A DNA stretch of 53,861 bases, the filler included, from Sluysia triapertura (lineage: Eukaryota): NCBI GenBank assembly GCA_046118255.1. It is 4 parts of 4 records of this genome, joined end to end, with 100 filler letters (N's around TTAATTAATTAA, not from the genome) between each part and the next. Parts side by side here need not be neighbours in the genome. Positions count along the whole stretch, not along the records: positions 1 to 16,728 come from JBJNIA010198487.1; positions 16,829 to 29,569 come from JBJNIA010084807.1; 2 more parts are not named here. One strand, 5' to 3'. Below, one piece after another: positions 13,434-27,600 of the stretch. Within the stretch, counting starts at the first letter, position 1, and each line of letters begins with the position of its first letter. The notes below the pieces were generated by a model that had not been told where the DNA came from, searched no databases, and saw nothing but the letters and a program-made list of their open reading frames with translations. The position numbers and the translations under genes were made by a program.

Positions 13434-13488
13434 ATTTAAAGATTGGTGCCGCAAAAATCCGAATTTAGAGCAGTCAAATTTAACAATG
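13434..13488 (+). CDS. Candidate small exon (FKDWCRKNPNLEQSNLTM); parent gene unknown
   Basis: T-rich acceptor TTTAG, raised GC and donor ATG|GTACAC. Phase does not join 8828 directly. Confidence 0.3.
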
Positions 13489-13741
13489 GTACACTTATTT
13501 TTTATATTATACTTTTATTATTATTATTATTATTGAGAACAAATTAAATATTTTATGCTTCTATTAAATTTACAGGTATTTCTTTATAACTCTTTAAATT
13601 TAGAATACCTAGTAATTAAAATTAATCCGCTCCGTTAATTTAAATTTAAAACCTACTTTCAGGAAAAAAATTCATTTTTGTAAACAATAGAAATAAGCAT
13701 ACAATTTAAAATATTAAGTGCTAAAATTAAACATTGCTTAA

Positions 13742-13936
13742 CCCCTTAACGCGCAGAAACGTATTAACACGGGCGTGCAAAACCGGCCAAAATGTGCAGA
13801 CCCGTATATATACGGTTAGCGTCGCAACTTATGTCGCTAAAATTTTTAGTAATTTTTGCATTTTTTTGTAAAATATTTATTGAAATTAAGGTCCAAATAT
13901 GTATTTTCTTAAATAAAAAAATTGTGCATTAAGGGG
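13742..13936. mobile_element. piggyBac-like MITE of 195 bp
   Basis: TTAA on both sides (13738-13741 and 13937-13940). TIRs CCCCTTAACGCGCA and TGTGCATTAAGGGG match at 12 of 14 positions. Confidence 0.85.
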
Positions 13937-16728
13937 TTAATTTAATTAATTCATGAAAGTGATAAATTATAAAATCAAAGTAAGTCTTAATACATTTATT
14001 AATTTTGTGTTAAACAATTTTATGAAAATTTTGTTTATAATTGCCTGAACGTACTATAGCCATATCTTCGATTGACCCTAGGAATATAAATATAAATAAA
14101 AAATAAAAATGATCGAAATAAAAATTAATAATAACTTATAAATTTGCTTCGACAAGTTTTTGTGTGATTACAATAATGTTCGGTTATTGAGTTGATAAAC
14201 GAGAAAGACTAATTGTATTGACTACCGGAATTGATATCAATTCATTCATTGTATGTACATAATGAGTTTTTTCCATTTTTGATGCACAGACCAGAATTTG
14301 AAACTTCATAAGGATAATAAATGGCCATCGAGCTTTGCATTATTGTCATTTTTAACGCTAAATGGTATTGTATGTTTAAGAGGAATTGATATTATTGATA
14401 TTATTGTTATTATTGTTATTGATATTATTGTTATTAAATGGTAGAGTAGAGATATTGTTGGGAGAATGTTTGGAATCGAATGGCTAGTTAGTGTTAAGTT
14501 TGGAACGGTATCATGGGTATTGCTGGAATAAGGAAAACATGGCAACATTGGTTGCAATGATGCATATTGTTCATTTTTGATCATTAAGATGTACTTATTT
14601 TGTCATTTGAATCGTCAAGATTTTTGTAACATAATTGAAGTTGATACTTCATTAACATGATTTCATCTTGTTACTAATGATGTTAGCACAAAGATTGGTA
14701 TCAAATTGATTATCGAAATCCTAATCGATTTTTGTATTATTCGTTTGATCATTATACATATTAGAATTAGAGCATGTACAGGACTGATGATGAACATTAT
14801 AATCATAATGAATTTTTGAATGATGATTATCATCACGACCGTCGTCTAAACTGTTAGAAACTTTAAATTTCTTGTACTACGTTAACAATACTATGTGTAA
14901 TATGATTTTGATTTATAATTCTAAAAATTTTTGATATTTTGAATATAAATTAATTTTTTGTTACTGTTTCGAACTTTTTAAATTGTGTACTAATTTTTAA
15001 AAATTTTTGAGTATAAGATTCACACTAAATTTGTTTTTATTAGTTTGCCAATGAAATAATAGTTTGCAATAATAGTCTGTGTACGAATCCTATTTGTTGG
15101 TCAATCACTACCATACGCTACACACTCCACTAATAAACATTAAATTTCATTGAAATGAAAACAAAATTTTCTTCATAACATTAAATTAAAAACTGTCAAC
15201 TGATGACAGGTTAAAATCACTAATGATAATGTCAGCAACAAAACTAATAAAATTAGTTAATAAAAAATGTGATTAATAATAATAGTAATAATGATGATAA
15301 TAATGATAATGATTATAAAAATGGCGATAATAATGATTTTTCCAATAATAATAAAATGAAAATAATTTATAAAATAGAATAAAATAATAATAATGATAAT
15401 AAAATTAATGTAAATAAAGGAAAATAATATTCTTTCTCTTAAATTAAAATCTTTAAATTCTTTCTTTGTTTCTTTATTTTTAAGACAACGTTTCTTCATT
15501 AATGAAAAGAAATAACAACATAATTAAAGATGCTAAAAGAGGTTACTAAATGAATGTCTGAATAAGATAAAGACGTACTTAAAGATGCTACATAAATTCC
15601 ATTTTAATTGTAATGTTAGAAATGATTTTAAAATTTGAATTTAATGTTTTTCAATATTAATAATTTGAATATTGAAGAATTGTGAACTTGAAATGTTTTG
15701 AATTAACTTCAAAATATACTTTTGATAATTTAAGATGTTGAGTATGATTTTAATGTTGTGAAATTGTGAATTTAAGTGTTATAAAGATGTTAAAATTTTT
15801 TAGTAAGTCTGGAAAAGTAAAATGTTAAATATTACGAAAAGTGACCTTAAGTGTGTGTAATAATGATTTAAATTTTAAATGAAAAGGTTTTATTTTAATT
15901 TAATGCAGCTTTATTTTAATTTGTTGCTTTCCTTTAAACTAAAATTTCTTAGAGTTTGACAAAGAAATCATAAAGACATTCCACTTTTTGCATGTTCATT
16001 TTATTCAAACAAAAAACAATTATAAAATAAAATTAATAAAATAATAAAACAATTTATATTTCGTATTTTGTTTTTTGATAACATGTTAAAGTACTAGTTG
16101 CTTGAAAACAGCAAACCATTAATAATATCATAAACTAAATAGGACTCTGAACTGTAAAATAATTTAAAATAAATAATGATTATTATAATTAAAATAAAAG
16201 TATGTAAATAATTAACAAAATAATTTTAAAATTGGTACTAATTCAAAAAATAATTCTAAAAATATTTTAAGACAATATTGTAATGATGATAAAACAACTT
16301 TGAAATTACAAAAACGGAAATAACAATGGTGGTTACATTGATACTAAACATTACACTTAGAATTTGTTAGAATTAAAGTTAATCTCTGAATATTTATTTC
16401 ATTGTACATGCAGGCGCTAATAGAAACAATATTAAAAGTGGTTTGAAGAGCAGTGGGAAATATGTTATTTTTTAAATTATTAAAAATTTCATTTTTTTTC
16501 TTTTTATAAAATTTTAAAGCTTTTAGATCAAAATTGCTGACAAATTTAAATATTACCAAAAAGGGCTTAATGCCCGGATTAACAATTAGGAACAATTTAA
16601 CAAAAAAATAATCAACACTGTATATTAAACTATAAAAACACAATAAACAATTTTTTTTATACGATAAATCGGCATATTACACATAAAAAACATGATAAAT
16701 AAATCGACTCGGCAGAAAACTATCATTT

Positions 16729-16828
16729 NNNNNNNNNNNNNNNNNNNNNNNNNNNNNNNNNNNNNNNNNNNNTTAATTAATTAANNNNNNNNNNNNNNNN
16801 NNNNNNNNNNNNNNNNNNNNNNNNNNNN
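16729..16828. other. Assembly gap with artificial linker N44-TTAATTAATTAA-N44; the same construct is at 29570-29669 and 40736-40835
   Basis: An identical 100-nt construct occurs three times, and the 12-mer places a stop in all six frames. Confidence 0.97.
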
Positions 16829-18951
16829 TCTATATTCCTATAATTCGGCAAACAACGAGTACAAACAGTGGTTAATATATTAACCATTCGTACGATAAAG
16901 GTTAATCACATTAATTATAAATTGTAACGTACGTGCACATATTAATAAATCTTTGATTGTAACATTATAATTGACTTTTTGTAAATAATTTGAATTATAT
17001 TTTGTTTTGGAAATTAATTTGTTTTTAAAGAATTTGGAAATAATATTAATTAAGTAAGTATTAAATCACTTTAATTATAAATTATTTTAAAAATATAAAG
17101 ATTTTTATAGGGATTATAAAAACGTAAAATTTTTGTTTAAATGCAAAAATCTTCTTTTGACCATCAAGGTCATAATACACTTTCATAACAACATTAAAAA
17201 TTTTAAATTTTGAATTTTGTCATAATAATCCAGGATCTTGTTAACTACGAAACTGACGATCGATGTGAAATTTTAAAAAATAGTTTAAGTAAAATTTTAT
17301 AATATCAACGTTAAAAATTGCGAGAAAAACTTATGAAAATTAAACTTAGGAATGAAATCAATAGATAGTCTGGGAGATAATAATATTCCATTTTTTCATC
17401 TAAGTAAAATTCACAATGATATAATAATTAATATTAATAAAACTAATACTATTACAAATAATTAATATTTATAAAAATAAAACTATTAATAACGTACATA
17501 AAACTACAAATAAAACCATAAAATTAATTAATATTTACAATAATACATTCTCCCAATTACAACCATATTACAGTCAAAACTATTACAACCAAAACAATGC
17601 CATCATTAAAATGTAATTTAATAATAATTCATTAAATATAATTTAACTTAAATAATCAAAGTAATTAATGTTTTAATCAAATATATAGAAATTGAATCTA
17701 CAATATAAAGTTAATTACTAGTATAAAATGTACCGAGGGAAATGCTTATATGGAATTTATTATTTAAAAGCTTGTCTTTAAATATTGATTTTTTACCAAC
17801 ACTTTAAAGTGTTGGGTTGAAAAGTTATTAACTGTTCGATTTCTCTATAAAAATCAACAATTATAATTTTAAATAAATGGGTCCGTCTGTATATTGCGAT
17901 TTAAGTCTGAACGAGGACACAATTAGGGATGCAATACTAGAATAATTTTAAGATTTCTTACAAAATCGAATGATTAAAGAGAGGGTCACTACTTTTCCTT
18001 TTAATTAACGTTATAAAATTCTAAAAATCCTTTAAGGCAATCTATCTCAAGTTATCTTAGTATACTCTATTAGTTTCGCTTTTCTATAAACTCCTTAAAT
18101 TAACTTGATTTTATCTATGCAAAATTTTTATTCGATATATCCCCTAGACTCGCAATTATTGACTCAATATATCTCTTTAAATATATATCTTACAATAAAC
18201 TTCCTATATTATTAATTTACAGCACTTATTACGTTATTACTATTTTAAAGTATCTCCTAGGTTAATATTCCACTGTCTTTTAAACTCAACAAAATGAAAA
18301 TAAACAAAAAATAAACTTTTATTAAAGAAATGAAACTTTAATAAGATAACAGATATAGTAACATGCAACAATATGTAACAATAAACAATTTAAAAATAAA
18401 GACTTTATGCTTTATTTATTTTAAATAAAAAAGATTTTAAGTCAAAATATTAATACAGAATTTATTTTGTATGATCCTATTAATTATCAACTTATGTTAA
18501 TCCAAAAGATTTTTTCCGAAAGATTCAAGTTAATCCAAAATTTTGATTCCAAGTTAATGTATGATCACTAGCTCCAAATCAATAATTCCTTAAACCAATA
18601 AAACAACCAAATTAAATCGAGCTTATCTCCAAATTGACGTCTTTCAATTAACAAAATAAATCTAATTGTAGCACATTTAATATATTTTTAATATCCAAAA
18701 TCAATGTACTCCAGCAAATTTCTTTTTAATAATTTTTCGTGTGTTCGACAAAAATAAATTTTTACATTTTATATGATTTTATCGATGCGTTTTTAATAAT
18801 TATTTTACAATCACTAAAATCACATAGTATGAATACAAAATGATTATTTTATTATTTTATAGTCACAAAAATTAATATAAAAATGACATAAAAATTACAT
18901 GGAAAATTTTTTTATAATTATTTATATTTTAATTTATAATTTAAAATTTAG

Positions 18952-19365
18952 GATTCTGATCAATATTTACTAAATAAAGAATTTTTAGGATCTAATTTAG
19001 TTGTATCATTAGTGCAGTTTTTTCAAAATTTTTGTGACTTATTAATTGACAAAACTATTGTGTTCGATGCGACGAATATATTGGAAAATTTATTTTGTTT
19101 TTTAAACACTTAACAAACTTGTATTGCCAAAAATTATTATAGTAGTTATGGTGCCGTACTTATTACATAAGTAATATCTACTTCTGTTACAATAATTTGT
19201 AAAAGATTGTTAAAAGGCCTAGAGCCTATTTTAAAACTTTTTATAGTAATAATTATTATTAATACTATTAATATTATTAATTTTCCTTAATTCTAATAGA
19301 CGTAAAGTTCGATTACAATATGCGACATAAAATATGTAGCGTGTGTCTGTGCAATAGTTTCTAAC
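18952..19365 (+). pseudogene. Spliced coding segment of unknown product; either a pseudogene with three TAA stops or an intact gene with extra micro-introns
   Basis: Acceptor TTTAG, then 98 codons (DSDQYLLNKEFLGSNLVVSLVQFFQNFCDLL...LKLFI), a 54-nt GTAATA...TAG intron and 22 more codons. Only 3 stops in 120 codons (19111, 19168, 19303). Confidence 0.45.
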
Positions 19366-20099
19366 GTAAAATTTGACTTTTAACTCCTTAGTTTTAAGAA
19401 CTAATTCAGTAAATATGTTAATTCAATTTTGTTTCATGTCTGCCTTAATAGAGAGTCTAACTTTCCATTTAATAAGGAGTTAATTTTCTTAATTCAATCT
19501 TTCAGGTGTTAAATATTTCAATTAACTCACAATAACAAAATCTAAATACCTTTTTCTAAATGTATATAAGATATTATATTATGTAATACAACAAGCACAT
19601 ACAACTAGAACGTAAAGCAGTATAATTCGAAATATAAAACAATTGAATATTAGAATTAAAACCTTTCAGAAAGATTTGATTTTTGATTATAATTTTTCTT
19701 CATTAAATCGGGATATAAGCTTCTAGAGAAATGAATTTGTTTGCATTTTATTATCTTATTCTTGCGAGTAAAATGCCCTTATAAATTTACTAATTTTTTG
19801 AAATATAATTAAATTTTTCTAAAATAGTCATTGCAACAAAATTGAAATGAGACTTTTGTGATACTTAGAATTGAGATTATAAATTGTGACTGTGCAAGTA
19901 CAAAGTACATCAAAGATCAATTTCAGTAACATATATAAAATGATATCTTGATTTATACTTTTACTATGTATGACCAATATAACACATTGAAATTGGACTT
20001 TATGAAAAAGAAAAGGAACTAAAATCAACTACGTCAGTGTGTTTCGTATTATCTCAATCCTTAAAATTATGCGATTTATATAAAAGAAAGTCATTTTCG

Positions 20100-20225
20100 A
20101 GAAGGGAAAATAATTTTCTATAGAATAAAATAAAATAATTTCCAAAAAAGAAATCGAAAAATCTAGAATGTTCTGGAATTGTAGAGAATACTTTTTAATT
20201 GTGATTGGCTGATAACTAGTATGTT
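20100..20225 (+). mobile_element. Dispersed repeat, HSE/CCAAT family, copy 2
   Basis: TTCCAAAAAAGAAA...TCTAGAATGTTCTGGAAT...GATTGGCTGATAACTAGT is collinear with copies 1 and 3. Confidence 0.6.
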
Positions 20226-23200
20226 TACTAATATCGATTCATTAACAATAACATAACGAAAAATTTTTTTCTTGTTCCTTTGTGTATCAATTATCAAAAG
20301 CCAAATTTATTTTTAATTCAACTTCTGTATTCAAAATTTTTTGTAGCATATAAGGTATTTTTTCCCATTTGAAATTAGTAATTGTATAATTTTGTAAAGG
20401 CGATTTTTTGCCGAGAGTGCCTAAATCATAAAAGTATTTTTAATAAAAATTTAACTTCGTTTTACTCATGCTCAAAATCATTTTTAAAAATTAAATGCCC
20501 AAAAGGCTTTCCTTTTAAACTATTTTATTTTATATATTTATCTATGCTTCTATTATACAATTTAATCTTGTGAAACCTTTGTTAATTATTCTGTTTTCCA
20601 ATAAAATTTATTATAATATTGTTTTAAATAATTGTGAGCAAAACTGATTATAAAATTATATTCACAATCACAATTCCAAATTTCGTCGCATAAATACATA
20701 GTTATGTTAAAACCCTTTAATTAAAAATATAGATATGGTCAAGGATAAAGAATTAAAATTAAATTCCAATAAGACCCAGTAAAAATATTGAAAAGTAAAG
20801 GATTGAAAGTTAAATTATACGTTAAAATTTGTCATTTATAGTTACACGTATGCTCACTTTACGTCATAAGTCGTATAATGTTCAAAACTATTTTGTCTTA
20901 GGTTAAGGATAAGAAAGCACCACTGCACACTGAAAAATTTCATCATTGTATTTCATCATTTTGCTAGTCTTTCAGATGCTTATACTACTGAGTTAAATTA
21001 ATTAACATTCGTACTATAAACTTTTGAATGATAAAACTTTAATGGTTTTCTCTTTATTTTTATTTAAACTGTTACATATATACAAATATAACCTATTAAT
21101 ATTTATTTTAATCATTATTTATTGCTTTTTCATATGTACCTGTGTTTATATTACGTAGTCTTTCAACAACAGTTACTTGATTTATGATTTAACATTTCTT
21201 GGTAACATTTATATGCTATATTTAACTTTTATGTAACTTTTGTATATATTATATATTCTATTGAAGCCAGTATTTATACTAGTCATTCACTTAATCAAAA
21301 CCAATTATAATTTCTGAATAATCTTTTTCTAAAATTTATGATTTTAAAGGGTGTGACCATTGACTATTTACATTTATTGCGGTAGAGATAATACAACTGT
21401 AATTAAATCTTATTTCCAACTTGAGTTATTAAAGAAATTTACATTATTTAAAAAATGCAAAATTCGTAATTATAAACTTAATAAAATTTAGTGATTAACT
21501 GTTTATGACATAAATACACATTTTAAATAATTTATTTCGTTAAGTAATTATTGGAATGACATTAACCAATAATTTGATTTATGACGATTTTAATATATGT
21601 GACATTTTGTAATCTGAAATTAAACCTATGTATCTTTTTATTTAAACTCATTCATCCATATTATAAATTAATATAATATATTTAATGCAAAATCTGACAT
21701 TTAAAAGTCAAAATTAAAATTGTTTAAGTTAAGTATATCAGACAAAATTTATAAACGACATTATAAATAATGCTTTAACTATAAAATTAAATTTATGTAT
21801 TGTATTGCTGAAAATTATAATTTTAATTGGGTTTTTTTTATCGGTAAGCATATTACGGGAATTTAAAGCATATTTAATAGTTATTTAACTTTTGATGTAC
21901 ATTTCTTTCCTAATGTCAGAAATAAAAGTCTAAAATTCAAATTATAATGCAAAAAATGTTTAGAAAAGGTGCATTTTTTATAAGTATTTGAGTTTATTGT
22001 TGGGTTTAGTTAAAGATAAGGGGAAATACAGGGGTTATGACTCATAATATAAAAATAAGTACCATTAAGGAGTCAAGATAAAACAAATGATAAAACATGA
22101 TAATAAAATAACTGTATAAAATTTTTAAATCAAAGCAAAAGAATGAAATCTACGAAGAAAGAACCCTTTATAAGGTTTTATTTGTTAAAATATTAGAGTA
22201 CATTGATTAATTAATTTAATTAAAAATTGTGAAAAATGTTTGCTCACATCTTAAATAACATCAGAATTAGTGTGTGATGTTGAATTTTAGTAGTATTCTT
22301 ATTGATGAAGCGTTACGAAGCCCGTCGCCGCAGATAATTTAAAAAATAGTTATTTTAATTAGTTTTTATAATTTAAAATTAAATTTATATATGGTGTGAC
22401 GTTCATGATGTTATTAAAATGTTATTGAAATAATTTTGTGACCTAGGACTGACGCATAACGTATTATATAAAAGATTTCTATGAAAAATAAATTTAGTAT
22501 TTCATTAATTTAGTCTTTCTTTTAAGTTTATTAATTGTGTTAATGACAGAATATTAATGTAATAAAGATGCTAAATTATGTTGAAAAGATAAGGAGATTG
22601 TTTATCACAAATCACATTATCTTTGGGTAATTGCAGTAGACAGTATAATTGGAAATCGACGGAAATTACTAATGAATTTTAATTATTAAAAGAATGAATA
22701 ATTTAATAGTAATTATTTCTGTCTTTTCCAATTTCCTAACTGATTTGTAAACAGTAAACAGATTTCTGTAGTAAAATTAGAAAAAGAAAAGATAGTTAAA
22801 ATAAATGGAAGAAGACTACAAAACGTTATCTCTATTAGGGACTCTGCCTCTACACATTTCTGATAGCACTGTGATTGAGGACTTATCTTCTGCAACTAAT
22901 TAAAATTCAAAAAGAGTGATTTTGTTTTTGTTAAGGTTAGTAACTTGCAGACTTATTATTTTATTTTATTATTATTTTTTTATTATTAAATACGAGAGTC
23001 AGCATTTATTGCGCTGTGTCACCATTGAATTTTTGTAGATTTAGTATTTTATAGACAGTGATTTATAGTTTTAAATTTGTATATTGAATACATATTATTA
23101 TAAAAGAACAGTTATTAATTGAAAGACATACATTGAATGTACATTATTATAAAAGATTAATTGTTAGTTTATTGTGATAATTAAAAATATACCGAGATTT

Positions 23201-24179
23201 TGTGTTAATTTGTTTAATGATTTATAATAATATATTTTTGAGTAAAAGCACGACATTATTGTCCAACAATTTTTCAAAGGTGATTATGTTAATGAGATTT
23301 CTAGGAATCTCAGTATTGCGCAATAAAATATAGGCAAAATTTTAAAGTCAGACAATTGGATTTACATAGTAAAATTATAAAATGGATTTATTCTAAGTTT
23401 GGGTTGAATTAAGCAAAATACTAAGGTGCGTTTATAAGCTCTATTACAAATATATAATTATTGCATAACACTTAGTGTGAGGGTTTGTAAATTTTACCTT
23501 CAATTACAAATCCAAAGTATTTAAGAAACTATGTGACCGTAATAAACTTCGTCAACATAGATGAATTTATAATAAAATACGAATATAATTTTAATCTGAG
23601 GCAAAATAAATTTTAGCAAAACTCATTTACAATACACAACTTAAAATGTGTATGTATGAAAATTAGAATTCTTCTTATACTTACGCTATTTTACTAGAGG
23701 ATTTACTTCAATTCGCAAATTTAATATTTTTAATTTATTATTATGTACTTACATGAATAAGTTGATAATATTTTAAAATTAATAATTTTTAATATTATTT
23801 ATCATAATCACAATTTTTCCAAAATAAAAAACAAAAATGACATGATTACAACTAAATTTTCCAACTTGATTTTTAATTAAAATAAAAAATAAAATTTATA
23901 TACCAAAAATTTATCATTTACATTATTAAAATTAAGAGCCATTTTTGAAATGATTAAAATGTAAGGTATGCTTGTAATAAATAAGAAATTAATGTATGTA
24001 TAAACAAGTCAATATAGCTATTTACAATAACAAATATAAATTTAAAGAAAGTATTATATTTGTTGACAAATCAGTGTTTTTAAAAAGTTAATTAGAAAGA
24101 AATAATTTTGAAATAATGTTCAAAAAGAAAACAACATAAAAATAAAATGTTTAGAATTAATTTTTCATAATTTTACTTG

Positions 24180-24653
24180 TAAATGAGGTGCGATCATGTG
24201 CGGAATAGATTGGTATACTACTTTTCTAGAATTTTGCCATTATTCAATTCGCTCTCTGTAATTTTAAGCTAGTAGTTTTATTTCATTTTTAAATATAAAT
24301 TCGCCATTTTGATTTGAGAATATTTGTATACCAAACAATAGGTAAGTGTATATATTTATGTTTTTGACGTTTCATAAAGAAACCGTCATCAAATTATTCG
24401 AATCCAGTTTAATGAGAACAACTTTTATTATTAAAATCTTAAATAAATCAAATTGCATTAAGTCTTTTCTCTTTTATTTTTTGTATATCTTACTTTTTAT
24501 TTTGATATTACTGTAGTTGAAATTAATTGTGTAAAAAATGTTAAGTTGATTTTGTTTTTTGTTTATTTTAAGTCAAGATTCCAGTTAAGATTAATAGATT
24601 GACCCTCAAGCATAAATTCATAAGCTATGGATATAGTTACAAACGTGTCTAAT
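24180..24653 (+). promoter_or_regulatory. Candidate core promoter and first exons of an unidentified gene
   Basis: ATTGG (~24209), CGCCATTTTG (YY1-like, 24302) and a strong donor AG|GTAAGT (~24342). A possible downstream exon has an ATG at 24627 (MDIVTNVSN|GTACGT). Confidence 0.35.
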
Positions 24654-27600
24654 GTACGTTTTAAGTTGTGTATTTAGCCGAAATCATTAATTATATTTAT
24701 TTTGCTTGTGGGTATGAATAAAAAAAGGTACACCTTTAGTAAGTACTTACTGAATTTTAATAACAGTTTAAGTTATTTAAGTACAAGGGTCTGAGCAAAT
24801 GTGTGACTATATCATTAAATTAAACGCGAAATAATATGAATCTGTGAATTTAAATATCACTATATTTTATTTAAATCCGAGAACTTTTTAAAAAAAAATT
24901 TTTTTTAATCCGAAAAAATTTTAACCTAATTCGGTAAAAGCAGCGAATTATTTTTTGTTATACAAACGAAGAAATATAAAATATTAGACAAAAAAATACA
25001 AAGTTTTAGTAAAGTTAAATATTAAGGACAATCTTTGAAATCGTAATTATATTTAGGAATTTGCTACCATACCAATCTACCAATGAACTTCCTCATATTT
25101 TATAAAAAAACTGTTTAACTTTGTTATTTTATTTTTTGGTTAATAAAGATTCCACATCACTTTTAAATATTAAACTAGTTTATTAACGCGAAAATTGCTA
25201 TTTGTAGCATCAGATTCACAATGACTATCACTAAAGCAAAGTGTATTTTTTAAAGTTTTTAAAACACATTTCAACATTTCGCGTTTACTTCAGATTTAAA
25301 GGCAATAATTTAGGTGAACTTCGATGCTTTTACCAAAAAATTATGAAAAATTAATCCAACTAGTACTGCAACGTTTTACTATTATTATTATTAGTAGTAG
25401 TAATGATGCGTGTTTTATTGTGACGTATTAGTAACAGTATGCATTTTATTGTGACGTTTTATTATTATTATTAGTAACAAAGTGCGTTTTATTATTATTT
25501 ATTGATTTTTAATAACAATATTATTGATTTATATTTTTTAATTGGTATTTTATTTATATTGGCAAACAAGTGATTTATACTTTTGAAATTTTTTAAAATA
25601 AACCAATGTAAGTATTTATTAATTTATAAAATATTAATTAATTTTAATTAAATATATTATTTTAAAATATCTTTTTGTTTTAAATTTTGAAAAATTTATT
25701 TCGTTTTAATAAAGACCAAGGACATTGCAAAAAACATAAATACATTTAAAAAATTCACTAATTACACAGAAAAAACTTTAATCGGCAACATTTGTAATAG
25801 AGTTTTTATTGTGCAAGGGCACATATTATCAATCCAAGGCTTATCATTTCTCTTAAGGAAAACTATTTCTCACTTTTCGAAAGGACACACGAGTAACCAA
25901 AAGCTTACTAAAGGATTTTCTATTTTGTTAGTTTATTTTGTAGGATTAGATACTTATAAGTATCTTACTTATAAGATATACGGAACCTTTTAACGGTTCT
26001 TACGCAAAATCAAACTAAAATTTTCTTTTACAAAAAATATTAACTTTGATAGTTAATCAACTTAAAGATTTTATTACTTATAATTATTAAATTGTTGTAC
26101 AATAACATTTATTAATACATATTTAAGAAGAAATTTTATTATTTGAATATTTGAGTACCAAATAATTTATATAGCTTCAAAATCATAATATCGTCGGTGC
26201 ATCAAGGTTTTATCAGAATTTCATTCTGATTTCGAAAAATCAATTTATATAAATCCTTTTCATGGGATTTTCGCAAAATCTCATTATAACCTTATAGAAA
26301 TTTTAATAACCTCCATATTTCATTAAGTTAAAAGAATTTTACATCTAAGCTAGTAAGTACTAAGTAGTTTTTAATTTTCAAATAAAACTCTTTTATTTAA
26401 AGTCCACCGGCTAGCCCTAGCCGGTAAGCCTAGTACGTTGCTTTATTCTATAAGGTTAGGAAAAAACTAACAGTACCTTCTACTTACAAGTTTGTGTTTT
26501 CATTGAACGTTTAAATAAATAAATAATCTATAAAATTAGCCGTTTTATTAGTACACTTAATTTATTAATTAAATGAATTTGTGCATATAAAAACATGACA
26601 TTTAGATTCCTCAAAAAAACTTAGGTTAAATATATAAAATGTTTATACAGAAGTGCAGCTAATAGAATATTGGACACGATTGGAGTTTTACGATAAATTT
26701 TACGTAAACTATTTACTAATAATATTTCACGAATTATCTACATTGGTCTTAACAATATAATTAATTTTTTACGGTAATAATAATTATTTATTCACATTTT
26801 CCTGTAATAATCAAACCAACATCAATATTGATGAAAAGGAAATAAAATAAGTCTAGCAATTTCAAAATTTTATTTTAATATATTATAGACTTTCTATAAG
26901 CCCTGTGGACTTTATAAATTATAATATAACGAAGAAAATTATTATTGTATATTCTGATATAATGATATTAAAGTTGGAGTACATTACTTACTATTTTCAG
27001 TTTAAAGATTATTATTTTCTAATGATCACGATTTTCTTAACAATTTTCATATGATTGATTTAATATTGAATATTTTTTAAGGTTATTATTTAGTTCGATA
27101 TGTTGTAAAATGCGTTTACTTTTATCTAAAGTAAAATTCAACTAAAGGATTAAATGTTTTAATAAAAATTAATTTTAAAAATTTAAAATAATATAAAGAA
27201 TTAATTTTTATCAATAAGTATTGATGTAAATAATTACTTTATTAAGATGATATTACAAATTAAATGAACATTTTTAAAAATTAAAGTATAAATTTTATGG
27301 CAAATAAATTTTTATGATAGCAGATGGATATGTACGTAAAAGACCACCGAATTACTGGATTTTTACATTTCCGTTGATGATTTTTAGTTTTGAATTAGAT
27401 ATTGGTAATTTGGAAATGTATGGTGAATGTCATTAAATAGATATGATTTGAGTTTGTTGAGGCATTCTTCCATTTCACAATGATGAAAATAAAAAATAAC
27501 TAATTATTTAATTATAATAATAACAAACAATCTAACAATAATAACTTGTAATAACTACAAGTATTTTTCTTGTTCTTTGATGGGTTTGTCTATAGTAAGT

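Noticed and set aside
15257-15499. Hydrophobic Ile-rich ORF that looks like a membrane protein (similar cases at 10697, 11560 and 16344)
   Set aside because: Translation of ATT-type low-complexity or T-rich sequence, with no other coding support.
16773-16784. TTAATTAATTAA palindrome repeated three times
   Set aside because: Always centred in a 100-nt N gap, so it is an assembly linker and not biology.
18952-19365. Stop-codon reassignment (TAA as sense), suggested by several TAA-interrupted frames
   Set aside because: About 700 codons of confident coding sequence (Sema5, coiled-coil and membrane-protein genes) contain no internal TAA or TAG. Gln is CAA/CAG there, and the membrane-protein gene ends in TAA.
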